A stretch of DNA of 34,082 nt. It comes from Fidelibacterota bacterium (GTDB lineage Bacteria; Fidelibacterota; Marinisomatia; SCGC-AAA003-L08; D37C17). The notes below the pieces were generated by a model. That model saw only the letters and a program-made list of their open reading frames with translations, was not told the origin of the DNA and did not search any database. How positions within the stretch are numbered: the first letter of the stretch is position 1; each line of letters begins with the position of its first letter. Location of the stretch: assembly GCA_018671635.1 (NCBI GenBank), contig JABHHG010000152.1:1-34082 (forward strand), given 5' to 3'. This document shows positions 1-9,862 of this stretch, piece after piece. A program made the translations under genes and the position numbers.

Positions 1-180
1 ATCCAATTATGGGCGGATTTGCACTAAAACCATTATAGAATGAAAAGGGAGCCAGATTGTGATTCCCCTTTTTGTCTTGTGTGGTCACAAAGGCGATGGG
101 ACGGGGAACAATTCCCGATATCAATAAATGATAATTGGTTTTAATGTCAAGCGTACTGGGATCAAATGTTTTGTACAATA

Positions 181-549
181 CTATCCTCGAGAATGGAGAG
201 ATGCAATATTACCTTCAGTATCCATAAAATCAGCACAATGACCGATTTCCTTAGTTATCACCGCTTTAGGCTTGAGGACTTTCCCACCTGCAAATTCAAC
301 ACGATTAAGGAATACCCCTAAACCTGAGTCACCATCAAAGTATAGGCGAACCCCATCTTTACTGGGAGCAAAATCATCCGCTTGAAATAAAGCACCACCT
401 ATGGTACCCTCGCCAGATGGAAAAATAAACATACGATCATTATCAGCATTCATCCCTTGCATCTCCATTTGAAAGATGGATTCATAAAATTTTTTTGACC
501 GAATCAAATCTGTGGCAGGAATCTCAAACCAACATGCCGATATACTCAT
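181..549 (-). CDS. VOC (glyoxalase/bleomycin-resistance/dioxygenase) family protein
   Basis: 122-aa ORF. The N-terminus (WFEIPATDL..SKKFYESIF) and the size fit a single-domain VOC fold. AGGGAGGA Shine-Dalgarno site upstream. Last gene of the hppD-hmgA operon. Confidence 0.7.
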   Translation of the reverse strand: MSISACWFEIPATDLIRSKKFYESIFQMEMQGMNADNDRMFIFPSGEGTIGGALFQADDFAPSKDGVRLYFDGDSGLGVFLNRVEFAGGKVLKPKAVITKEIGHCADFMDTEGNIASLHSRG

Positions 550-603
550 ATCATCCTCCCTATCTAGTTAAAGTATTACTTTATATATATCTGTCAAGTA
601 TTT

Positions 604-1749
604 CTATATCCATGACTTCGGGTAATCAACATCATCAATCTCTATAACTGCATCTACCACATCTAGTGGCTTAAAAGTGTCAATCATTACGGCTAATTCT
701 TTCGTTTTTTTCTTACCAATTGACGCTTCATATTTACCCGGTTGCGGGCCATGCGGCAGCCCCATTGGATGATGGGTTATGGACTCTAAATCGATTCCCT
801 TTCGACTCATAAATTCACCTTGTGAATAGAATAGAATTTCATCTGAATCTACATTAGAGTGGGGATATGGTGCCGGAATAGCATCTGGATGAAAATCAAA
901 TAAGCGTGATACAAAATTGCATACCACAAAGCCTTCACTCTGTAGTACTTGATGCACCGGTGGTGGTTGATGAAGACTACCTACAATAGGCTCAAAATCA
1001 TCAATGTTGAATATCCATGGAAAGAAATATCCATCCCACCCCACAACATCACAGGGATGATGGCCGTAAACCATATCCTGAATCCCATCATTTACCCGTA
1101 CTTTTACTAAAAACTCACCTTCTTTGTCAACAGGGTCTGTCAATTCAGGGGTTCGTATATCTCGTTCACAAAAAGGAGAATGCTCTAACAATTGTCCAAA
1201 TTTATTACGATAGCGAGACGGCGTTTCAATGGGTCGGTTTGATTCCACCACTAAAATTCGACATTCATCATCCACATCCATTTGCCAAATGACGCCTCGA
1301 GGGATTACAATATAATCACCGAATCCAAATTTTAACGTTCCCAAATTAGACTTGAGCGTACCACCCCCACTTTGAATATACAGCAATTCATCAAAATGAC
1401 CATTTCGGTTATGGAAATCCATTGAATCATTTACATGGGCTTTCGAAATAACTACATCCGAATTAAAAAATAATGGTCGACGAGCATCAATTGCATTTCC
1501 AGAGCTGTTAATATTTGCCGTACGAATATGTCGAGCCCGATGAGATTTATCACCACGCTTCAATTCAATGGGATGAAAGTCCCCCATTTCTAACACCCGA
1601 GTTGGCATGCGTAAATGATAGAGATTAGTGTACATATGGGAAAAACCCTCACGGCTTACTAATTCTTCATAGTATAAACTGCCATCAGCCTTTTTAAAGG
1701 CCGTATGTCGCTTGGGTGGAATCATACCTTTTGATTGATAAAATGGCAT
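604..1749 (-). CDS. hmgA: homogentisate 1,2-dioxygenase (short bacterial form)
   Basis: 381-aa cupin-type protein. N-terminus (YQSKG.IPPKRHT...YYEEL.S.EGF) and length match the ~380-aa HGD family. AAGGAG SD upstream. Lies directly downstream of hppD. Confidence 0.85.
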   Translation of the reverse strand: MPFYQSKGMIPPKRHTAFKKADGSLYYEELVSREGFSHMYTNLYHLRMPTRVLEMGDFHPIELKRGDKSHRARHIRTANINSSGNAIDARRPLFFNSDVVISKAHVNDSMDFHNRNGHFDELLYIQSGGGTLKSNLGTLKFGFGDYIVIPRGVIWQMDVDDECRILVVESNRPIETPSRYRNKFGQLLEHSPFCERDIRTPELTDPVDKEGEFLVKVRVNDGIQDMVYGHHPCDVVGWDGYFFPWIFNIDDFEPIVGSLHQPPPVHQVLQSEGFVVCNFVSRLFDFHPDAIPAPYPHSNVDSDEILFYSQGEFMSRKGIDLESITHHPMGLPHGPQPGKYEASIGKKKTKELAVMIDTFKPLDVVDAVIEIDDVDYPKSWI

Positions 1750-1758
1750 CTTTTCTCC

Positions 1759-2880
1759 TTAAAGATTTCCGCGTTTCTCTTGCTCTAATTCTATGGATTC
1801 AAATAAAGCCTGAAAATTACCCTGACCGAATCCGCGAGAGCCTTTTCTCTGAATAATCTCAATAAATAATGTAGGGCGGTCTTCTAAGGGTTTAGTAAAG
1901 AGTTGCAATAAATATCCTTCTTCATCTCGGTCAACCAAAATTTTCAATTCTTTTAATTTTTCAAGATCTTCATCAATTATTCCCACACGTTCTGAAAGTG
2001 ATTCATAATAAGTGTCTGGAACTTCTAAAAAATCTACTCCATTGGCTCGTAATGCTGAAATCGTTTTAACAATATCCCCTGTTTGGATTGCAATATGTTG
2101 CGCGCCTGGACCTTCATTGAAATCTAAATATTCTTCAATTTGTGACTTTTTCTTTCCTTTGGCAGGTTCATTAATGGGCATCATCACTTTCCAGTTTTTA
2201 GACCGTACCACAATACTTTTTAATGCTGAATATTGAGTTGAAATATCAGTGTCATCAAATCGAACAAAAGTAGTGAATCCAAATACTCGCTCATAGAATT
2301 CACTCCACACATCCATCTTATCCCATTCCACATTACCTACAATATGGTCGGTACGAATGAGCCCTGGGTCTTCTGAGGGTACATCAGGTAAGCTTAAAGG
2401 TCCAAATCCAGGTGCCCACAAACCCTTATATTCTTCACGCCAAATAAAAGAATGTATGGTATCGCCATAGGTTTGGATAGATGACTTTCCAAATTTTCCA
2501 CTTTCATCTTCAGTAACAGTTGGTGGCATCACACTCACCGCACCGCGTGACACACATGAATCATGTGCTTCTACATCACATTCAACTTGAATTGCAATAT
2601 CACAAACGCCATCACCATGTTTTGAAAGCCATTCTGTTGCAGGATGAGCAGAAGATAATGGGGTGGTAAATACGAAGAAAAGATTATTTTGTTTTAGCAC
2701 ATAAGAAACATGATCGCGAACACCCGTTTCAGGACCACAATAAGCATGAGGCTGAAATCCAAATGCCGATCGATAGAAGTGTACAACTTGCTTAGCATTA
2801 CCCACATAAAACTCTACATGATCAAAATCTTTAACTTTAAAATGTTCAGTTCCGGTCCATTCATTGGTCATAAAAGCCAT
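1759..2880 (-). CDS. hppD: 4-hydroxyphenylpyruvate dioxygenase
   Basis: 373 aa. FDHVEFYVGNAKQ, GAQHIAIQTGDI and C-terminal GNFQALFESIELEQ are typical HPPD motifs. Its ATG overlaps the upstream stop (TAATG). Confidence 0.95.
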   Translation of the reverse strand: MAFMTNEWTGTEHFKVKDFDHVEFYVGNAKQVVHFYRSAFGFQPHAYCGPETGVRDHVSYVLKQNNLFFVFTTPLSSAHPATEWLSKHGDGVCDIAIQVECDVEAHDSCVSRGAVSVMPPTVTEDESGKFGKSSIQTYGDTIHSFIWREEYKGLWAPGFGPLSLPDVPSEDPGLIRTDHIVGNVEWDKMDVWSEFYERVFGFTTFVRFDDTDISTQYSALKSIVVRSKNWKVMMPINEPAKGKKKSQIEEYLDFNEGPGAQHIAIQTGDIVKTISALRANGVDFLEVPDTYYESLSERVGIIDEDLEKLKELKILVDRDEEGYLLQLFTKPLEDRPTLFIEIIQRKGSRGFGQGNFQALFESIELEQEKRGNL

Positions 2881-3977
2881 TAAACTGTTTTCTCCATAAT
2901 TTTGTTTAATTTATCAATAAAAAATTCATTTTCATCAGTAGTACCAATAGTAACTCGTACACATTCAGGAAGTCCAAAGCCTATCAAATGGCGAAGTATC
3001 ACTCCATTCTCCAACATGGTTTGGGTAAAATCTTTGGCTTGAACTCCATCATTAAAAAGCAATGTTACAAAATTTGTGACGGACGGAATATACCTGAGTT
3101 CAAACTCATCAAATGTGGTCGTAATCTGATCCATTCCATCCATATTGACTGTGAGTGCACTCAATAGATATGCATCATCGTCTAAAGCTGCAATCGCTGC
3201 TGATTGAGCCGGTATTGCAGGTTCAAATGGGAGTTTAACTTTGAGAAGATTGCCAATTAAATCGGCATGACCAAAACCATAACCTACTCTAAATCCAGCT
3301 AAACCATAGGCTTTAGAGAATGTTCTCAGCGTAATCACATTATCATACCGATAGTGCATTGAATCGGGGAAATTAGCTGCATTTTGTGCATATTCGAAAT
3401 AGGCCTCATCCAACAACACTAATACGCGCTCCGGAACTCTTGACATAAATCTATCAAATTCATCCACCGTAAAATAGGTTCCCGTTGGATTATCAGGATT
3501 TGCCAAGTAAATAATTTTAGTATAATCATTAATAGCATCAGCCATGGATGATAAATCGTAATGATAATCTTTCATGGGAATCCAATTGGTATGATTACCA
3601 CTGGCATTTGCCAATACCCTGAAACCAATAAATGAATTGAGAGCCGCCACAATCTCATCGCCCGGTTTCAAGAAAGTTCGCATAATGGTGGACATAACTC
3701 CCTCACTACCGCCACCTAAAACTACATTTTCCATTTTCAGATCGAAGCGAGTAGCCAACTTATCACGTAGCTCAAATGCTGCCGCATCGGGGTACCGATG
3801 ACATTCCATTAATGAATCTTGAGCTGCCCTAATAGACGACTTAGGTGGACCTAATGGATTCTCGTTAGATGCTAATTTTACAATTTCCTCAAGTCCCAAC
3901 TCACGTTGAACTTCAGATATGGGCTTCCCCGCCTTATAAGGAGAAAGCTCTTTTATGTGTTTTGGTACTAATGCCAT
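2880..3977 (-). CDS. HisC-family (class II) aminotransferase, likely acting as tyrosine/aromatic aminotransferase in this operon
   Basis: Histidinol-phosphate aminotransferase-like sequence (LASNENPLGP, TFSKAYGLAGFRVGY). I place the start at ATG 3977 (MALVPKHIKELSPYKAG). The 49-aa extension in the ORF track is low-complexity and overlaps the divergent gene. Confidence 0.85.
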   Translation of the reverse strand: MALVPKHIKELSPYKAGKPISEVQRELGLEEIVKLASNENPLGPPKSSIRAAQDSLMECHRYPDAAAFELRDKLATRFDLKMENVVLGGGSEGVMSTIMRTFLKPGDEIVAALNSFIGFRVLANASGNHTNWIPMKDYHYDLSSMADAINDYTKIIYLANPDNPTGTYFTVDEFDRFMSRVPERVLVLLDEAYFEYAQNAANFPDSMHYRYDNVITLRTFSKAYGLAGFRVGYGFGHADLIGNLLKVKLPFEPAIPAQSAAIAALDDDAYLLSALTVNMDGMDQITTTFDEFELRYIPSVTNFVTLLFNDGVQAKDFTQTMLENGVILRHLIGFGLPECVRVTIGTTDENEFFIDKLNKIMEKTV

Positions 3978-4060
3978 AAGATGTAGATTTGCCTTTAATA
4001 AAACCTCCGAATTTAGGTTAATTCTCAGTGAAAAAAATATGATTTTGAAAGATATAACAA

Positions 4061-5641
4061 ATGGATAAAAGTACAGCAACACAATTGCGTGGAAATCTTT
4101 TCCGCCATTTAGACGGAATTGCAATCACATCTACAATGGCAGCCCTCCATAATCAGGGAATTATCAAATTCATATTGGATAAAAAATCATTTACCTTAGA
4201 AGATATATTTGAAAGTTTCCCATCAAACCATGGTTACATGAATGTGGCACTCCGTTTATTGAGCGCACAAGGATGGCTTGAAAGAGAAATTCATAGCCCT
4301 AATCAACAGATTTATTTTTCCATAACCGAAAGAGGAAAGGGCATTTTTGCCTGTTCCCATATATATACTGAGGTAGCCACTCTACTGAAAGATGTGCCGC
4401 TATATCGCCATAAACTATTTTCAGCACATCAAACATATTCACAGAATTATAATAATTTCATCACTGCTATTCACGAAATGAGTGATGACATCCCAGCACA
4501 AATTAAGTTACAAATTCAAGGAATTCTGATTGGCCCTGCATTGGTTGCATTAGGAATGAATGAAAAAATTGAGGAATATTTAAATGTCAATCAATTCAGG
4601 CAGAATGATATAAATGACTTTCCCCTCATAAATTCATTTGCCAATTATTTTGTCCATATTGGTTTTTTAAATGCTGATTATTCCTTCACAGAAGTTGGTG
4701 AATTTTTCTTTAAACGTGCGGCTGCATATGGCGTAACCGTTTCATACCTCCCCATGTTTTCAAATCAAGAGGAAATATTTTTTGGCGACCCTCACCATAT
4801 TTGGAAGCGAGATAAAACAGGCTCTGAAACCCATGTGGATCGAACCATGAATGTATGGGGAAGCGGTGGTGCCCACTCTACTTATTTCAAAAAAATTGAC
4901 GAAATTGTCATCAATATTTTTAATCGACCATTAAATGAGCAACCTATAGGAATTGCAGATATGGGCTGCGGTGATGGCACATTATTGAAACATCTATATG
5001 AATTGGTGAAATATAATACCCTTCGAGGAGAAAACTTAGACCAATACCCACTTTTAATTGTGGGGGCTGATTTTAATCAAGCTGCACGGATTGCCTCTGC
5101 CAAGACTCTAACCGATTCTCGAATTAAGCATCATATACTTCACGCAGATATTAGCCATCCCAACAAATATGCGGCGGAGCTAAAAGCAAAATTTGATATT
5201 GAATTAGGTGATTTACTGAATGTGCGATCATTTTTGGATCATAATAGAATTTATTCATCCCCAAAAATATCTTATTCCAATCGAATCAGTAAATCCTCAG
5301 GTGCATATGCATATCGGGGGAGGTTGATTCCCAACTTCGAACTAAAGCAAAATTTAGTTGAGCACCTCCATGCGTGGTGCCCCTATGTGAAGAAATTTGG
5401 ACTTTTGGTACTGGAGCTCCATTGCCTAGCCCCCAATTTAACGGCAGAAAATATCGGTTCAACTACATCGACAGCGTATGAAAGTACTCATGGATATTCT
5501 GATCAATATATTGTAGAAATCAGCACTTTTCTTAATGCTGCGGAAGAAGCGGGATTAGTGCCAGAACCTCAAAATATGGCCCGTTTCCCAAATAGTGATT
5601 TGGCCACTATTAGCATTAATTTATTTAAGAGTAAATCCTAA
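4061..5641 (+). CDS. long class I SAM-dependent methyltransferase with an N-terminal O-MT dimerisation/winged-helix-like domain
   Basis: 526 aa. SAM motif I (IADMGCGDGTLLKHL) lies at about residue 300. The N-terminus (LFRHLDGIAITSTMAALHNQGI...LRLLSAQGWLE) resembles O-methyltransferase dimerisation domains. Substrate unknown. Confidence 0.6.
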   Translation: MDKSTATQLRGNLFRHLDGIAITSTMAALHNQGIIKFILDKKSFTLEDIFESFPSNHGYMNVALRLLSAQGWLEREIHSPNQQIYFSITERGKGIFACSHIYTEVATLLKDVPLYRHKLFSAHQTYSQNYNNFITAIHEMSDDIPAQIKLQIQGILIGPALVALGMNEKIEEYLNVNQFRQNDINDFPLINSFANYFVHIGFLNADYSFTEVGEFFFKRAAAYGVTVSYLPMFSNQEEIFFGDPHHIWKRDKTGSETHVDRTMNVWGSGGAHSTYFKKIDEIVINIFNRPLNEQPIGIADMGCGDGTLLKHLYELVKYNTLRGENLDQYPLLIVGADFNQAARIASAKTLTDSRIKHHILHADISHPNKYAAELKAKFDIELGDLLNVRSFLDHNRIYSSPKISYSNRISKSSGAYAYRGRLIPNFELKQNLVEHLHAWCPYVKKFGLLVLELHCLAPNLTAENIGSTTSTAYESTHGYSDQYIVEISTFLNAAEEAGLVPEPQNMARFPNSDLATISINLFKSKS

Positions 5642-5730
5642 ATCATTTCATCGTCCACGAAAATGTAGGCTTAAAAGAATTATTTCTTCTTGATAAGGAT
5701 ATTACATTTTTAAATCACGGATATTTTGGA

Positions 5731-8700
5731 CTAATTCCCCATAATAATATTGACGATAAGTACAATATCAAGGATATCAATAATGGTATCACCATTAACA
5801 TCAGCGGCACACGACTGTGCTGCTGATGGAGTAATATTGCCCATTACAATATTCACAGTTTGGACGATGTCTAGGATGTCAATAATACCATCATCATTTA
5901 AATCAGCAGTAGTGCATGCACCACTCCCACCCACTTCATAATAACCAGTACGTTTATCATTACCACGATAAGTATTCCAGTAACCATCTACAGAACCTTC
6001 TGATTTGATATCCGTAACAATAAGTGTGTTTGTAGAGCCCGTAAATATTTCTAAATCTCCATCACCATCCAAATCCATGATATGTGGTGAACCAGCATAC
6101 GGAAACTCTGTAGTAATTGGGAAATACTGATTCTGTGAACCATCTCCATTGTAAGATAAAAGTTGGCCTGCACCATTAGTAGAGATAATCTCAGGGGTAC
6201 CATCATTATCCATATCAGCGAATGCAATAGAGCCTACAATATTATCATCTGTCTGTTGTGGCCATCCAGGGAGATTATTCCCATTTACATCTACAGCGTA
6301 TATATACCCATCATCAGAACCAAAGAAAATGGCGGTACTGCCATTTAACTCAACTGCTGATGGAGAAGTATAAATATTGTTTCCAGTGGGATAAGAGAAT
6401 TTTAGATCTCCATTTTCAGTAAGACAGTAGAAGCTATCATCCTTAGATCCAGCACATACAAGTATTTCATTACCCGTATTAATAATAGATGGGGCACTCT
6501 GGATTTTATCTCCTGTGGTGTAAGACCAACTTAGTGTTCCATCATCTAAGAGAAGACTGATATTATCACTATCACTACCAAATACAATATCATCTTTTCC
6601 ATTTCCATTAAAATCATATAATGCGACCCCTTTAATCATCTTCTCACCCACATCAATAGGAAATCCAGAAACATCTGTTCCATCAGCATTAATAGCATAA
6701 ATCTTTTTACCTGAAGATGAGTATCCTCCAATAACCACTTCTAAATCTTCATCATCATCTAATTGGCCAATGGCAGGTGATCCCATAAGATAGCTATCTG
6801 CAAAGTATTCTGCTTTAAGACCATATTGGTCGAAGAGGTAGAGATACTTACTCTTAGAGGTAATGGCCATATCAATATTGCCATCATTATCAAGATCAGC
6901 AGCTGAAGGTGAACCCCAGATTTGATTCCCTGTATCATAAGGGAATGTAGCATCGGAAACTTCACTACCATCGCTGTTATATCGGTGTACCAATCCTGCA
7001 TAGTCACCTATGAGTACATCTAATGAACCATCATTGTCAAAATCAACTACAACTGGAGATGGCTTGAGTTGGCTTCCCATACTAATAGGGAAACCTGATT
7101 GGTGGAGAGAAATTTGGAAGTCAATTGATAATGATGTATTGTACGCAATATTATCTTGTCCTAGTCCAGAAATATTCAATTGACATGATTTATTTCCAAC
7201 TTCAATCTCTGATGAAATTGATAATGAAAGTTCACTTGAATTAGAAACGATCGCTCCAGATTCAATATTAGAATAATCAGAATTGTTACTTAAGACTGAA
7301 ATTGATTCATCATCACACACAATAGTTGATTCAAGTGATAATGCAGTTTGCCAACCCGCCTCATTTTGGAGATAAATATCAAGGGATGCAGACTCACCTG
7401 GATTGACTACACCATCAAAATCACCACTCAATTCATTAAATAATAATGTATCAACAGACAGATTGGGAAATGTTAATGATCCAATTGCTTTATGCACATC
7501 TATCATGCCATAACCCAAATTACCAGCATACTCTGGATTATCATTAATTTCATAAATAATAGGATCAGCCGTTTGTTGCATACGTTCCCGTAACTCTTCA
7601 TTTGTCCAATCTGGATAGAAAGCTTTCATTAATCCAAAACAGCTTGCAGCATTAGGTGATGCCATAGATGACCCATCCCATGATTCATAACCTGAGCCAA
7701 TTATCGTACTATAAATTGATTCACCCGGAGCTGAGAACTCAACTGAATTATGATATGTTGCCCAACCACCCCAAGAGCCGCTACAACCTATTGCCGCAAC
7801 TGATATACAATTAGTATATGATGCTGGATAGTGTGAAGCATTCTCATCATCATTTCCTGCTGCCGCTAAAATAATTGCACCATATGTGTTATATGCAGTA
7901 TTAATAGTATTATTTTCAGAGCTACTATATCCTCCGCCACCCCAACTATTATTAATGATAGTAAAGGTACCTGCATAGTAACCCGCTTTTGCTGCGTATA
8001 GAATTCCTGAATACCCATCATTTATTCCAGGGTCTGTACTTTGACTAGAACGAGAGACTTTAACTGACATAATACTTGCATTAAATGCTGTCGATGCCAT
8101 ACCTAAATTGTTATCCGTAGTCGCTGCTAAAACTCCAGCTACATGAGTACCATGAGCCCAACCTCCATTTGAAGAGGCATCCTCTCTTGGATAGGGATCA
8201 TTATCATCTTGACCATATGTGCCTGAAGGGTCCCAACCTATGAAATCATCAGTATATCCATTACCATCATCATCAAAACCATTTACGAATGGTGAGCCAT
8301 CAGATATAAAATCTCGAAGATTAATTTCACCATCATCATTGATATCACCTGTATTCTGGATTAAATAATCAACAACTTCCTCTGGTGTAATTTTTCCATT
8401 ATTATTACTATCTAGATTATTATCCTCTAACATCCAAGAAGGGATTTCACCTTGGTTTATCCAAATATTCTTCCAAAGATCTGGATGAGTATAATCAACC
8501 CCCGTATCAACTGAAGCTAGTATCACTTCTCTATCACCAGGCATTATCCCAGCAGGAATATTCCAATAATCCCATGCCTTATCAGCTCCAACTGCATTGA
8601 TACTACATTGATTATCAAGATTTGTATCATTAGGTATATAAAATGGTTTCCTAATATATTCATTTTCAGAATATTCAATAAATTGAAATTTAGCAATTTT

Positions 8701-9021
8701 TTCTACAATAGTGCTTAGTTCACTGCGATGAGACTCTTCAATATATATTCTGTATATTCTATTTAAATATACATCACCATTATAATCCATTTCAGTTGCA
8801 CCAGGAAGCCATGGTTCAATCATGTTAATACCATTTGTGTCAAAAAAATTGTTGAGCTGTTGGATATCAACACTAACACGCCCATCTTTACTTTCAATTT
8901 GTAATGGAGAGACTTCTTTCTTCAAGCAAAAAAGAAACGTACTTTTTGATGTTTTTGGTGTACCTGCAAAATTCATGCTAATACATAATACTAAAATAAT
9001 ATAAATAAATACTTTTCTCAC
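5731..9021 (-). CDS. secreted subtilisin-like (S8) serine protease with FG-GAP/VCBS-type repeats and a C-terminal double dockerin-like repeat
   Basis: Catalytic triad motifs VDTGVDYTHPDL, HGTHVAGV, GSSMASP. At least six DxDxDG..(D/E) FG-GAP-like repeats. C-terminal DLNDDGIIDILDIV and DVNGDTIIDILDIV repeats. Signal peptide present. Preferred start is GTG 9021, 6 nt after AAGGAAG; the ORF-track start is TTG 9036. Confidence 0.9.
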   Translation of the reverse strand: MRKVFIYIILVLCISMNFAGTPKTSKSTFLFCLKKEVSPLQIESKDGRVSVDIQQLNNFFDTNGINMIEPWLPGATEMDYNGDVYLNRIYRIYIEESHRSELSTIVEKIAKFQFIEYSENEYIRKPFYIPNDTNLDNQCSINAVGADKAWDYWNIPAGIMPGDREVILASVDTGVDYTHPDLWKNIWINQGEIPSWMLEDNNLDSNNNGKITPEEVVDYLIQNTGDINDDGEINLRDFISDGSPFVNGFDDDGNGYTDDFIGWDPSGTYGQDDNDPYPREDASSNGGWAHGTHVAGVLAATTDNNLGMASTAFNASIMSVKVSRSSQSTDPGINDGYSGILYAAKAGYYAGTFTIINNSWGGGGYSSSENNTINTAYNTYGAIILAAAGNDDENASHYPASYTNCISVAAIGCSGSWGGWATYHNSVEFSAPGESIYSTIIGSGYESWDGSSMASPNAASCFGLMKAFYPDWTNEELRERMQQTADPIIYEINDNPEYAGNLGYGMIDVHKAIGSLTFPNLSVDTLLFNELSGDFDGVVNPGESASLDIYLQNEAGWQTALSLESTIVCDDESISVLSNNSDYSNIESGAIVSNSSELSLSISSEIEVGNKSCQLNISGLGQDNIAYNTSLSIDFQISLHQSGFPISMGSQLKPSPVVVDFDNDGSLDVLIGDYAGLVHRYNSDGSEVSDATFPYDTGNQIWGSPSAADLDNDGNIDMAITSKSKYLYLFDQYGLKAEYFADSYLMGSPAIGQLDDDEDLEVVIGGYSSSGKKIYAINADGTDVSGFPIDVGEKMIKGVALYDFNGNGKDDIVFGSDSDNISLLLDDGTLSWSYTTGDKIQSAPSIINTGNEILVCAGSKDDSFYCLTENGDLKFSYPTGNNIYTSPSAVELNGSTAIFFGSDDGYIYAVDVNGNNLPGWPQQTDDNIVGSIAFADMDNDGTPEIISTNGAGQLLSYNGDGSQNQYFPITTEFPYAGSPHIMDLDGDGDLEIFTGSTNTLIVTDIKSEGSVDGYWNTYRGNDKRTGYYEVGGSGACTTADLNDDGIIDILDIVQTVNIVMGNITPSAAQSCAADVNGDTIIDILDIVLIVNIIMGN

Positions 9022-9061
9022 GAAGCTTCCTTTCAATTCAAAGTGCGTTATTTCTATCCAT

Positions 9062-9100
9062 ATAATTTACAATAATTCAGAGGTGGGACTTGTAAATTAT
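9062..9100. promoter_or_regulatory. perfect 11-bp inverted repeat (ATAATTTACAA N17 TTGTAAATTAT) between the 75-aa ORF and the S8 protease gene
   Basis: Read directly: 9062-9072 is the reverse complement of 9090-9100. No U-run follows on the minus strand, so an operator or RNA hairpin is more likely than an intrinsic terminator. Confidence 0.3.
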
Positions 9101-9126
9101 TGAAACATCTTGTAACGCGAATTTTA

Positions 9127-9354
9127 CTATAATTTATGACTAAATAGTTCTTTCTCGTCCTCGTCTAAATCATCTACAATTACACCCCATTCTTTCTTAG
9201 ATTCTAATGCTCTTAATATAGTTATAGCTGTTAGCACTAACACAAATGATATTAATCCCACTTTAACCGCAAAAATATCTCTATCTAAAAAAATTAGTAG
9301 AATAAAAAACAATAACCACAATAGTCTAAATAGTCGCGTGAATAATATATTCAT
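9127..9354 (-). CDS. small membrane protein (two predicted TM helices), hypothetical
   Basis: 75-aa hydrophobic ORF. ATGA start/stop overlap with the upstream gene suggests translational coupling. Confidence 0.45.
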   Translation of the reverse strand: MNILFTRLFRLLWLLFFILLIFLDRDIFAVKVGLISFVLVLTAITILRALESKKEWGVIVDDLDEDEKELFSHKL

Positions 9355-9818
9355 TCAATAATTCCTAAATTTTTAAGCTTTTCATCAAACATCATAATTA
9401 GAGCTTCTTCATCATGACAACTATTAATTTCTTCAACTGTCATAAAAGTAGATTCAGCTTTACCCTTTTTTAACAATGCTATGGGGAGTTTAACCTTCTC
9501 ACCACGTTTCTGATACTGCGTTAATACATCAGCATAAGTAAAATTTACCGATATGGGAAGACTCTCAATATAATTTGCCCATTGTTGATTCCTGTCCCAA
9601 TTATCATACGTAATTAAACACAAATTACAAGAATAGGTTGATGGGGAAATTTGTCGATGCACATAATCTGTTAGAGCATTAAAAAGTCCACTTTTTGCAT
9701 TATATACAAAAAGTACTTCCATTTCGTTATTTTTATTCGTCTTTATATTACTTGTAGCACTTATAATGCCAATGAGTATAAATAGAATTAATCGTCTCTT
9801 ATTGTTTAAAAACTTCAA
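9351..9818 (-). CDS. conserved hypothetical protein with N-terminal TM/signal segment and a CxxC motif (SPSTYSCNLCLITY)
   Basis: 155-aa ORF. The motif pattern resembles a family I recall from Bacteroidota-type genomes. Function unknown. Confidence 0.55.
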   Translation of the reverse strand: MKFLNNKRRLILFILIGIISATSNIKTNKNNEMEVLFVYNAKSGLFNALTDYVHRQISPSTYSCNLCLITYDNWDRNQQWANYIESLPISVNFTYADVLTQYQKRGEKVKLPIALLKKGKAESTFMTVEEINSCHDEEALIMMFDEKLKNLGIIE

Positions 9819-9862
9819 TAATTTCTCCCTTGGAAATTTACTAATTTTCTATATTTCTATTT

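Noticed and set aside
40-80. Possible hairpin (AAAAGGG N16 CCCTTTT), considered as a terminator near the left edge
   Set aside because: The loop is too large and the stem consumes the T-run. It is about 100 nt from the VOC gene stop. It is not convincing on either strand.
1017-2236. Plus-strand ORFs 1017..1292 and 2012..2236 inside hmgA and hppD
   Set aside because: They are antisense shadow ORFs within strongly supported genes and have no motifs. The same applies to 5750..5941, 6163..6348, 6759..7007, 8822..9004, 10117..10374, 10506..10973, 10970..11287, 11392..11713, 12229..12414, 14073..14288, 14754..15007, 15594..15860, 16111..16311, 17028..17219, 20535..20780, 21088..21294, 22163..22348, 22797..23000, 23309..23506, 24379..24579, 24805..24987, 26023..26208, 27465..27662, 27924..28151, 28228..28557 and 33296..33487.
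3978-4124. 49-codon N-terminal extension of the aminotransferase ORF in the ORF track
   Set aside because: The extension is hydrophobic, low-complexity sequence with no family similarity, and it overlaps the divergent methyltransferase start. The canonical HisC N-terminus begins at Met 3977.
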